The notes: generated from the sequence alone by a model not told the origin. A stretch of 64,000 bases of DNA from Okamejei kenojei (GCA_035221665.1 CM069161.1:5332001-5396000), one strand, 5' to 3'. Positions 52,835 to 64,000 are shown, numbered from the stretch's first letter. Translations and numbers: made by a program.

Positions 52835-53432
52835 CTGCGCGATAGCGCGTTGAGGTGACGGGACCCAACGGGTCCTACTTGGTCTAGTAACTATTAAAAC
52901 TCTAATCGTGTGTGTGCGCATGTGTGTGTGCCCTTGCGTGTGTGTGTGTGTATAATCACATCTCGAAAAAAACGGCGCACTAATGGTAAGATTTTTACAT
53001 ATTCCACTAGAGAATTTCCCCCTGGAGTCCAAAAGCGCCTTCTGAAAAATTCATGCTTTAGCCCTCCCGCTCCCTCTCTACCTCCCCCCCACTCCCTCTC
53101 TGCCCCCCCACCCGCTCCCTCTCTCCCTCCCCCCTCCCCCCTCCCCAACGCTCCCTCTCTGCCCCCCTCCGCTCCCACTCTGCCTCCCCCCTCCCCCCTC
53201 CACCCCCGCTCCCTCTACTGCTCTCCTCCGCTCCTCTCAGCCTCCCCCCCTCCACCCCGCTCCCTCTCTGCCTCCCCCCTACCTCCCGCTCCGCTCCCCC
53301 GCTCTGCCCCCCTCCCGCTCCCTCTCTGCCCCCCTCCCACTCCCTCTCTGCCCCCCACGCCTCCCGTGGGGGCTACAGGTAGGGGATGGCTGCGTTGGGG
53401 GAGCAGTCCCAATGGATCTGCCCTTGGTCTAG
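52835..53432 (+). mobile_element. Two head-to-tail non-autonomous Helitron-like elements
   Basis: Two 3' signatures: hairpin GGACCC-AAC-GGGTCC plus TTGGTCTAG|T (ends 52887), and decayed hairpin GCAGTCCC-AAT-GGATCTGC plus TTGGTCTAG|T (ends 53432). Internal (TG)n and C-rich tract. Confidence 0.65.
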
Positions 53433-53584
53433 TTTATAATAGAAATGAAAAAAAGCTGGAAACACTGAACAGATTGGTTAGCTTTTGTAGAGAGAAACAT
53501 TTCAAATTCAAGATTCTTCATCAGAAGGCATTGGAAATGTCAGCTTATCACAGATGCCGACTGACCTGGTGAGTGTTTAAGAGG

Positions 53585-54045
53585 ACAGTGCAGAAAATTG
53601 AAGGTAGACAAAAGTGCTGGAGAAACTCAGTGGGTGAGGCAGCATCTATGGGGCGAAAGAGACGTTTCGAGTTGAGACCCTTCCTCAGACTGATGTGAAG
53701 GTGGGGGGTGGGGGAGGAGAAGAAAGGAAGAGGCGGAGACAGTGGGCTGAGGGAGAGATGGGATAGGGAGGAGAAAGCAGGGACTACCTCAAATTAGAGA
53801 AGTCAATGTTCATACCCGCTGGGGTGTAAACTGCCCAAGCAAACTATGAGGTGCTGCTCTTCCAATTTACGGTGGGCCTCACTCTGGCCATGAAGGAGGC
53901 CCGGTACAGAAAGGCCGGATTCGGAATGGGAGGGGGAGTTGAAGTGCTGAGCCACCGGGAGATCAGGTTGGTTACTGCGGACCGAGCGGAGGTGTTGGGC
54001 GAAGCGATCGCCAAGCCTGCGCTTGATCTCACCGGCGTAGAGCAG
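53585..54045 (-). mobile_element. Penelope-like element 3' fragment (GIY-YIG)
   Basis: LLYAGEIKRRLGDRFAQHLRSVRSNQPDLPVAQHFNSPSH...LEEQHLIVCLGSLHP plus terminal repeat. Confidence 0.87.
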
Positions 54046-54524
54046 TGCTTCCACCACTTTCTGTTCTTATTTCAGATATTGGTAGCATTTTGGGTAATAT
54101 ATGTACAAATTATGTATAATTCGTTTTGGGATTTGCCAATGTCCCTGTGATGCTGCTGCAAGCAAGATTTTCCGTTGCAACTCAGAGCACTCACACATTT
54201 AACAATAAGTTTGAACTTAAACATCATTAACTTTCATAATCACAGAACTGATACTCGCCAGAAGTCGTTTGCAACACCCAGAACAATGGACATATTCTGT
54301 CACATCAACACAAACCATTACAAATGTCAATTTAATTTTGCTTTTTTTTTTAACTTCATTTGTCTGAGGCAGATTTTTAATCTAATATTAATTGAGTTTA
54401 TTAAGTCACCCCTCATAAATAAGTCTGTGAAGTCTGCTTATAAAAGTTTTGCTCTGTTAAAAATAAAGCACAGCAAAAAAACAGTTTTCTAATTCACGAA
54501 GCTACATTGAAGCAAAGCAATGTT

Positions 54525-54820
54525 TTAGTTGTTTAGTGTAGAGATACAGTGTGGAAACAGGCCCTTCAGCCCACCGAGTCTGCAATGACCAGCGATCGCC
54601 ACGCATTGTCACTACCCTACACACGCTAGGGACAATTTTTACATTTATGCCACGCCGATTAACCTACAAACCTGTGCACCTTTGGAGTGTGGGGGGGAAC
54701 CAAAGATCTCGGAGAAAACCCACGCAGGTCACGGGGAGAACGTGCAAACTCCGTACAGACAGCGCCCGTAGTCTCTGGTGCTGTGACGCAGTAGCTCCCA
54801 CCGCTGCGCCAGCGTGCTGC
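54525..54820 (-). mobile_element. HE1-like SINE
   Basis: Reverse copy with an internal deletion over the B box. Confidence 0.78.
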
Positions 54821-55252
54821 CCATTGTTCATCTTGGTCAGATTGGATGAGTTGGGCTGAATGCCTTTTTCCGTGCTGTATGACTCCGTGACTAAGAGCGG
54901 GGGCAAGAGTGGCCTCGCTACAGCTATGCTCACTGTCAGGGAATGGCTTTACATTGTTCAGAGACAGTTGCAAATGATCATCGTGGCACGTCATATACAT
55001 ATGCCATGTATGCCATGTCACAAATCCATGATATTGCGCATACTGCAAGTACTGCACCCTTTTTAACTTCTAATTGAAGGGGATGCCAAGTGTGAAATTA
55101 ATATTAGACTTTAACAGAAATCAAATCAGTTTTTGATTGGATACATGGTTTTGAAATGGGTCAGAATTTTCTTGAACTAAGAAGAGAAAATGCTGGAAAT
55201 ACTGCGTGCATCAGGATGCATCTCTGGAAAGAGAACACGTTTTGTTTCCTTA

Positions 55253-55551
55253 TGCCCCTGTCCCACTTAGGAAACCTGAACGGAAACCTCTGGAGACTTT
55301 GCGCCCCACCCAAGGTTTCCGTGCGGTTCCCGGAGGTTTTTGTCCTCCGGCAACCACCTTCAACTAGCATCGCAACCGGCTTCGACTAAAAAATTACCGA
55401 TTTTTAAAACGGAAACCACTTTCGACCATTAGGGAGACTGACAAAAACCGCCGGGAACCTCCAGGAACCTCCGGGAACCGCACGGAAACCTTGGGTGGGG
55501 CGCAAGGTCGCCAGAGGTTTCCCGTCAGGTTTCCTAAGTGGGACAGGGGCA
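55253..55551. mobile_element. Palindromic Harbinger-type MITE, family C
   Basis: TIR TGCCCCTGTCCCACTTAGG with exact TTA target duplication (55250-55252, 55552-55554). Confidence 0.9.
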
Positions 55552-56928
55552 TTAGTTAGAACGGGGAAAGAGAGAAACCTAGATAATTATCCACAGAAGA
55601 AAAGAATGGATGCGACAAAGGGAATATATGCAATTTGGTGAGACCAGATGAGTTAATGTGTGAGTTATGATCCTAAATGTTTATGTGTATTAAGATGTAG
55701 CATTAACATGTCTAGAAGGCCAGACTGTGATATACAACATATATATCTATGCAACATATGCAGGGTTTTTTTTGATTTTCTGATTAAGAAACAAAGTACA
55801 AAGTTAGAGACACAAGAGACTGCAGATAATTTCATGTTCAAAAGTCAGAGGAGCAGAATGAGGCCATTCAGCCCATCGAATCTACTCTGCCATTCAATCA
55901 TGGTTGATCCATCTTCCCCTCTCAACCCCATTCTCTTGCCTTCTCACCGTAACCTTTGACACTTTTACCAACCAAGAAATTGTCAGTCTCTGCTTTAAAA
56001 ATACCCAATGACATGGCCTCCTCAGCCATCTGTGGCAATTAATCCACCACCTTCTGATCAAGGAAATTCCTTCTCATCTCTTTTCTGAAGGTATGTCTTT
56101 TATTCTGAGGCTGTGCCCTCTGGTCCTAGACTCCCCCCACTAGTGGAAACGCCCTCTTCACATCCACACTATCCAAGCCTCTATTCAGTAAGTGGTTACA
56201 TTAAATCTCTCAGGAGAAAATGTGTTAAAACCCCCTGACATTTTTAGTTGTACGCATATTCTCCACCCCATCAAATATCAGGGCAACAGGTGATAAGAGA
56301 TGACTGGGGGGGGGGGGGGGGGCTGTATTCACCTGAGGTAAGATGACTGAAGGGGAATAATGATCGATGTGTTCAAACGTAGGTGTTTTGCTTCCAGTTA
56401 CAAAGAGTGATGTGGGAAATTGGTGTCTGCATGTTATTGTGAAAAGGCTACAGGTTACTTTCGATAGCCAGAGACTTCCTCCCATACAGACCCACTGAGT
56501 GCCATTTGCACTGAGAACTGCCAAGTAATGGGACCACCAACAAAAGAAGGCAGTTTCCCTGGGGAAGTAAATGGGTGAAACCAGACATTGGTCTCCAGAT
56601 AAACAGGAAATGCATTCAGTAAGAGATTTTCAGGAATCTTGAGAGAAAAGACTTATTGGATTACCAAGTGAATTGCCTCACCCCTCTCTATTTGAGATGT
56701 GTCTCTCATCTCTTTGAAACACCCCCTCTGATCCCCGCAATTCCTTGCTTTCTTTGATTAATTGTTTGATTGAAGGCTACAGCAGGGGAACAGCCCCTTC
56801 GGGCCACTGATACCGCCCTGTCTATCCATCCGAGTTCTGTGGTCGACAAAAAATGCTGGAGAAACTCAGCGGGTGAGGCAGCATCTATGGAGAGAAGGAA
56901 TAGGCGACATTTTGGGTTGAGACCCTTA

Positions 56929-57196
56929 TGCCCCTGTCCCACTTAGGAAACCTGAATGGAAACCTCTGGAGACTTTGCGCCCCACCCAAGGTTTCCGTGC
57001 GGTTCCCGGAGGTTTTTGTCCTCCGGCAACCACCTTCAACTAGCATCGCAACCGGTTTTGACTAAAAAATTACCGATTTTTAATACGGAAACCACTTTCG
57101 ACCATTAGGGAGACCGACAAAAACCTCCGGGAACCTTTGGTAGGGTGCAAAGTCTCCAGAGGTTTCTGTTCAGGTTTCCTAAGTGGGACAGGGGCA
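56929..57196. mobile_element. Palindromic Harbinger-type MITE, family C
   Basis: Same TIR and exact TTA duplication (56926-56928, 57197-57199). Abuts a Penelope-derived unit. Confidence 0.9.
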
Positions 57197-60100
57197 TTAG
57201 GGTACCATTGATCCAGCCACTTACTGTATGTGGACTCTGGATGGAAGGAATGGGTGATGTTTTGGGTTGAGGCCCTTCTTCAATCTGAAGAAGGGTCTCG
57301 ACCCGGAAAGTCACCCGTTCCTTCTACCCAGAGATGCTGCCTGTCCCGCTGAGTTACTCCAACGTTTTGTGTCTACCTTTGGTTTAAACCAGCATCTGCA
57401 GTTCCTTCCTCCAGCATACTGGATGTATATCCCTTGGAGCCAGGTGAGAATACAAAAGCAAATGGTATATTTCCATGGTGCAGATTACATCTCACTGACT
57501 GAAAAACTATTAGTTAAACTTGCTGAATTTATACAGGGAGGAACGTGCAATGAATATTTATGTGCGATGTTACATTTCAGAAAGGGACTGTAATTGTTTT
57601 CCTTTGTCAGGCAGAAATTTAGTTCATTGCAGCGTTTCCATCTGATTGGAGCACTCTTTGAGTGAAGATGGTTCTCCGGTTAATTTACTGTTGGGCTCTG
57701 TTTCAACCAATCTTTTTTTTTCTCTCTTGGACAATATTTGTTGTGAGGACATAAGCCGGCTTTTGGACTGTATCCAGGAGGAGAGACAAGTCCTGTGAGC
57801 GAGCGGCAGTGAGCAGTAGGCAGTCTGTGGGCTGATAATTCTGTAATCACCTGTCTGTTTGCTCCTGGAATGGAATTCATTGAGGTGATAATGGCTTTAC
57901 TGTGCAGGCGTGTGCCTCCGAGGCTGACGCACCTGCCTGTGTAATTAAATACGTTGAAAGGCAATCCAGGATCGTGAGTTTGTGTCGGGAGGGAGGAAAG
58001 GAGCTGACAGGAAAAATCACGCAGGCCCTGTGTTCCCTGAGAGCATAAAGCAGTAACTGTATTGCGGCCCAGGTTTTTTTTTTGCCAGCGGCTGAAGGCA
58101 TTTTTTGACCGGGTTGAGTGAATTCCTGCTATTGTTAGCGTAGATTGAGTGTGGCCATGTGCATCCAGCAACAGTAGCAGTGGCTTTAACCCTTCCTCCA
58201 CCCCATCCGCTGGGAGGAAGAGGGTTTTGTTCTCCCCAGCCAAGCGACATGTCCGACATGAAAATAACAGGGAATGCTGGAAATACGCAGCAGGTCAGGC
58301 TGCTTCTGGTGAGAAACAAGAGTTTGCGAGCTCATAATGTGCAGGAAGGAACCGCAGGTGCTGGTTTACACCGATGAGATAGACAGCAAATGCTGGAGTA
58401 ACACATCGGGGCAGGCAGCAACTCTGGAGAAAACGGATGGGTGACGTTTCGGATCGAGTCTGGAAAAGGGACTCGACCCGAAACAGCACCGATCCGTTCT
58501 CTCCCGAGATGCTGCTTGTCCCCCTGAGTTACTCCAGCATTTTGTGTCCATATTCATAAATTATAGGAGCAGAATCAGGGCATTAACCTAGGGATCTGAA
58601 TCTAAAGCTGACACCATGACAACGGGACTATGGCAAGAGGAATGGGATTGTGAATAATTTCACTAGCAGCTAGAGCTTTTGGATCATTGATTGAAGGGCA
58701 TTGCTTCAAATCTCACCAGGACGCCTGGGGAATTTAAATCCAAGTCAATAAATAAACTTGGATTTAAGAAAACAAAAAAGAAAAGCCAGTCTCGATAATG
58801 GTAACAAAAGAAGTGTAAAATTGTCACAAAACCCCTTCTGGTTCCTCATTGTGTGTGGGCCAAGGCAACTACCATTGTGGACCATGGATAGACACAAAAT
58901 GCTGGAGTAACTCAGCGGGACAGGCAGCATCTCTGGAGAGAAGGAATGGGTGACGTTTCGGGTCGAGACCTCTCTTCATTGTGGACGATCCTGGCTGTGT
59001 ATGATCCCCAGACCCAACAAGACAGTTGACTCTTGGCTGTCCCCTCACTGGCAGCACAACCTGTGAATGAGCGCAGGAATAAAGACATAAGATTAGAGTT
59101 TGTTTCAGGTTTATTATTGTCATGGTACCTATGTACAGCAAAGAGCTTTGTCTTGCATGCTATCCAATCTGATCAGATAATACTATGCATAAATACAATA
59201 AGTAAGTAAGTAAGTTTATTGGCCAAGTATTCACATACAAGGAATTTGCCTTGGTGCTCCGCCCACAAGTAACAACATGACATACAGTGACAGTTACGAA
59301 TGACTCAGAAAACACTAAACATTAATAATAATAAAACATTAATGATAAAACACCATTGATCAAGCATGTGAACCAACAAAATACCAGATCAAAGGGAGGC
59401 GACAGATGTTTGGCTATTGAGTAGAGCCAAACTCAAGTACAATAGGTAGAGCAAAGGGGAAGATGTAGAGTGCTGAATATAGTTCTCAGCATCAGTTCCA
59501 CAGACCAAGTCCAATATCCACATTGATAATTCTGTAATCACATATCCACAAAGGAGGAAGAGGACTGCACTTTATCGCCTTCCATCAAAGTGAGGAATGT
59601 TGATTCCACTGTGATGGATGTTTATGTTAAACTTTATTTTATGTGCTGTGTGTATTTTTGCTTTTTACTCAGTATGGCTGAATGGTAACTGAAATTTCGC
59701 TGCACCTTAATTGGTTCATGTGACAATCAAATTGAATCTTGAATCTTGAGGTGGAGGTGAATCGGACAGCACCCTGGCCTAGCTTATGGAAGGACCATTC
59801 ACAACCCTGATAACAGTGGGGAAGAAGCTGTTCCTGGGTCTGGTGGTGTGCACTTTCAGGCTTCTGGTGAAGTAAATCAGTAGTTCAAAACAATCCAGAG
59901 TCAACAAAGGGATTCACGTACCTGATGGTCATTGCCTAGTCCCAACTAGTTCACTTGTGCTGTTTCCATTATCATAGAATCATGAAATAATATAGATAGG
60001 ATAGAAACAGGGCCTCTTATCACTGTGCAGTCTGTGGTGACTAGCTATGCTAAGCCCATAGCCTGCATTAGGCCCATTTTCCACTACTCATTTTTATAAC

Positions 60101-60884
60101 TACCCATTTTTTTCTATCTAACGCTTTCTAAATGATGAAACACTATCTACCTCGACCACCTCTCTGACAACTCCATCCAGCCAACCACTACCCACATATG
60201 AACATTTTACCACTCAGATCGCCTTTGCAATTCTCTCCTATCACCTTAAACTTATGACTCTAGTTGTAAACTCCCTTGTCGTTGGAAGAAGACTGACTAT
60301 CTATCATATCTATGCCCTTCATAATGTTATAAACCTCCATACTGTTCCCCATTGAGTTCCCTGCATTCCATTGAGAATAAACCCAACCCATCCAAACTCT
60401 ACTTATAAATAAGATAGGCACAAGGTGCTGGAGTAACTCAGCGGGGCAGGCAGCATTTCTGGACATAAAGGAAAGGTGACATTTCGAGTCTGGACTCTAA
60501 TTCAGACTGAAGAAGAGTCCTGACCCGAAACGTCACCTATACTTTTTCTCCAGAGCTGCTGCCCGACCCGCTGGGTTACTCCAGTGCCTTGTGTCTATCT
60601 TTGATATCCTTGTTTCCACAATCCGCCCTTATAACGACAGCCCTTCAAACCAGGCAGCCTCCTGGTGAATCTCTCCTGCTCCCTCTATCTATTTCAGCCA
60701 CACTCTTCAATAGTGCGGCAAGCAGAACTGTACACGATGCGGCAAAAGCCGTCCGACCGATGTCTTATACAGTTGCAATATGATATCTCAACGTTATAAC
60801 TGACCTGTTACACGTTCTGTCTGTTTGGTGATTCTTATCTCCTGGTAAGATGGATCGTTCATGAATCGCCTCACGAGCCACAGG

Positions 60885-61392
60885 TAGAGATTTACACCCT
60901 GGAATGATTAAAATGAAAAAAATATTCCTCCTAGGCAAAGCAGACCAATTCTTAAAGATTTGGTCTCCTTCTATCGACTTCTTACAAGCATATGGTGCAA
61001 CATAACCGTAGAAATTAAATGGTTCAGAACCGGGTGGCGGGTGGGTAAAGATATTAAATAGGTATATCTCTCTTAATTTCTTTTCCTTTTCTTTCTCTCG
61101 CTTCTTTTTTCCTGTCTTTCTCGCTATTCATTTGTCTACTCTCTTGTCTGTCTTATCTCTTTTTTGGGCTTTTCTTATTATATCACAAACTAACACCATC
61201 ACCATTTTCGACGCCACTCTCCATTTTCTTCTTGCTATCGTTGTTCTTCATACTGGCTGTTTTATTATAAAGTTTAAAATAAGAAGTTGTACAAGAATTG
61301 TAATGCGTCTGTATGCATCAGGTACTTAGGTACCACATTACTGTATTTACATCTAACAAAAATAAAATTTTAAAAATAAATAAATAAAAAAT
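60885..61392 (+). mobile_element. L1-clade LINE extreme 3' end
   Basis: KMKKIFLLGKADQFLKIWSPSIDFLQ* resembles fish L1 ORF2 C-termini, followed by a pyrimidine-rich UTR and A-rich tail. Confidence 0.55.
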
Positions 61393-62408
61393 TTAAATCA
61401 GAAGAACTCCTTCATGCAAACTAAATTGAACATAGAACAGTTACAGCACAGAAACAGGCCCTTCGGCCCACAGTGTCAGTGCTAGATGAACTAATCTCAT
61501 CACAGGGTACACAAAAAGCTGGAGAAACTCAGCGGATGCAGCAGCATCAAAGGAGCGAAGGAGATAGGCGACGTTTCCAGCGAAACGAAGGGTTTCGGCC
61601 CGAAACGTTGCCTATCTCCACCGCTGAGTTTCTCCAGCTTTTTGTGTACCCTCGATTTTCCAGCATCTGCAGTTCCTTCTTTAACACATAATCTCATCAC
61701 AGCCTGCACATGATCCATATCCCCATTGGATCCTGTTGCTCTAATTTATTTACTTGCTCTAATTTATTTATTTATTTACCAAAGTAAAGGTGCAGACAAG
61801 ACATTGTAATTGGATAAAAGATTTGGGAATTGTCCAACAAATAACTATTGCCCATTGTATCAGTGTCAGACTAAGTCAAAGCTGATATAAAAGAGGTCCA
61901 CAAAGGTTTTTAAAAATGTATTTAGGTTGTGAGATGTTTCCCATCAAGTTTTAATGTACTTAACGTGGGTTTCAATTACAGCTTCTCACTTCTCCTTTCT
62001 GACATGTTTAGATAATAGAAAGGAACTTTAGCCCTGTGGCCCCTGATGCTGTTTCTCAGGATAGCCTCCCTTGTGAAGGTGGGAAGGCACATGAATCTTA
62101 ATGAGTGTGCATATCAAAGTAACAATACAGTCTCACCCTGTGGCTTAGTAAGATTCCCCCTGTGATGAACACATGATAGGGCCGAACATAAACTGGATAC
62201 AGTTGAAATGGAGACCTTTAATAAATACAATGGCATGACGAAGAATAGAGTTGAAGTATAATGCAGTTGACGCCCTTTTAGCCTGTCATTAGTACCATTC
62301 ACAGGAGGTGTATTGGCGGGTGGATTGGACCAGTTGGCTCGCTGACCTAGTTGCCACTTGTCATTGCTGCTACTCCATTTTCTGGAGTCTGAAGAAGGAT
62401 CTCGACCC

Positions 62409-62818
62409 ATAGAAACATAGAAAATAGGTGCAGGAGGAGGCCATTCGGCCCTTCGAGCCAGCACCGCCATTCATTGAGATCATGGCTGATCGTATCGAAT
62501 CAATAACCTGTGCCTGCCTTCACCCCATATTCCTTGACTCCACTAGCCCCTAGAGCTCTATCTAACTCTCTCTTAAATCCATCCGGTGATTTGGCCTCCA
62601 GTGCCCTCTGTGGCAGGGAATTCCACAAATTCACAACTCTCTGGGTGAAAAAGTTTTTTTCTCACCTCAGTCTTAAATGACCTCCCCTTTATTCTAAGAC
62701 TGTGGCCCCTGGTTCTGGACTCGCCCAACATTGGGAACATTTTTCCTGCATCTAGCTTGTCCAGTCCTTTTATAATTTTATATGTTTCTATAAGATCCCC
62801 CTCATCTTTCTAAACTCC
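62409..62818 (-). mobile_element. Young CR1/HER1 3' fragment inserted into a hammerhead-like core
   Basis: Near-identical to 43968-44380. Flanked by GACCC direct repeats (62404-62408, 62840-62844). Confidence 0.88.
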
Positions 62819-63354
62819 AATAAATTACTGCAGGTGCCAGACCCGAAACGTTACCCATTCCTTCTCCCCAGAGATGTTTCCTGTCCCGTTGAGTTACTCA
62901 TTTTGTGTCTGGGTTCTAGTAACACGCAGGACAAGCAATCAATAAATAAATAAATAAATAAATTGCTACAGGTGCCAGACATCTGAAATAAAAGTCGAAA
63001 ATACTGGAAAAACTCAGAACATCAGGCAGCATCGGTTAAGAGAGGTACAGGGTTAGCATTTCAGGTCCGTCATCCTTCTGACAAAAGGAATCTGAAACAT
63101 GAACCAGTATCTCTCTCCACAGATGCTGCCTGGTCTCTGAGCTCTTCCAGCATTTTTCTGGTTTTACTTATAATTTAAAAAAAGAGAGATTTCTTCTTCT
63201 CAAATCTCAAAAATATTTGTCCCCCTGATCATGAGACCAGATTCGCAAGTTAATGATTCTCTGTTTACAATTTATTTTTGCAATAATTTGCCATTTATTT
63301 CTGTAGCATTTAATGGGGCGAATTGTGCTCTAAATGTGGTTATTTTAATTGCAG

Positions 63355-63465
63355 ATGGATCCAGTGCAAAAGGCTGTAATAAACCACACGTTTGGAGTAA
63401 CACTGCCACCGAAAAAGAAGCACGTCATCTCTTGCAACGTGTGCCATCTGAGATTCAACTCTGAG
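63355..63465 (+). CDS. ZNF385C: Next coding exon of the ZNF385-family gene (start of a matrin-type C2H2 finger)
   Basis: Acceptor ttttaattgcag| and donor GAG|gtgaga. 111 nt, phase 0-0, [37 protein letters not shown], the hallmark ZNF385 exon. It joins in frame to exon 20361-20503 (PNFNA|MDPVQK). CHLRFNS favours paralogue C; some residues are B-like. Confidence 0.93.
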
Positions 63466-64000
63466 GTGAGATGCTTCCCTCCTTGGTTGGAAAATTCCCC
63501 ATGGTAACATCGTACAGATTCACAGCCTCCCTGCTGGCAGGGGCAAGCGAACCTGCTGCTCGTTGCCTTAAAAAGGCAGAGATAGATAGGTAGATTCAGG
63601 GGTTACGGGGAGAAGGCAGGAGAATGGGGTTAGATAGATCAACCACGATGGAATGATAGGGTAGACAATGGGCCAAATGGCCTAATTCTGCTCCTATCAT
63701 TTGTGAACTTATGAACTGAACATACATGGCATTTAATTCTGGGAACAAATGGTTCCTGACATGATGGAATATAATGGGGAGTGAAATAACTAAATGCAAA
63801 ATTCACATTTCTGGCTCAAGTTTCTTCAGACTCATTTGTCTTAACTACATCGTGTCACAATGAAGGCACCTAACATTTTTTATTCTGAACAAAATGGTAA
63901 CTTGGTGGTGCTTTATTAACACAGCTGAAAATGTGTTTATCACATTAGTTTCGTTTAGTTTTAGAGATACAGCTGGAAACAGGCCCTTCTGCCCACTGAG

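Larger units (their letters stand above)
20504..63354 (+). other. ~42.9 kb GT-AG intron of the ZNF385-family gene
   Basis: Bounded by gtaagt (20504) and ttgcag (63354). The flanking exons give the contiguous family sequence FNA-MDPVQK. Confidence 0.85.

Noticed and set aside
52910-53572. 220-aa proline-rich ORF
   Set aside because: Translation of the C-rich low-complexity tract within the Helitron-like element.
63231-63464. 77-aa ORF overlapping the last exon
   Set aside because: Wrong frame; the conserved ZNF385 peptide is in another frame bounded by splice sites.

Overview
Repeat-dense vertebrate genomic DNA with four N gaps. The repeat families (HE1-like tRNA-derived SINE, HER1/CR1 LINE) point to an elasmobranch, probably a skate or ray; this is an inference. 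The window lies inside a + strand ZNF385-family gene (matrin-type zinc finger, most like ZNF385C). Two in-phase coding exons, both missed by the ORF track, sit at 20361-20503 and 63355-63465, separated by a ~42.9 kb intron. A candidate upstream micro-exon or first exon lies at 13957/13975-14005. Most of the remaining sequence is transposon debris: SINEs, CR1, Rex1/Babar, Tx1 and L1 fragments, Penelope-like elements (GIY-YIG remnants plus many short units with a minimal hammerhead-ribozyme-like core, often as fold-backs), PIF/Harbinger-type MITEs (one family carrying an internal minisatellite), hAT-like elements and tandem Helitron ends. No intact autonomous element, CRISPR array, rRNA or true tRNA gene is visible. 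Protein and repeat identifications come from my recall of family consensus sequences, not from a database search, and most repeat boundaries are approximate.
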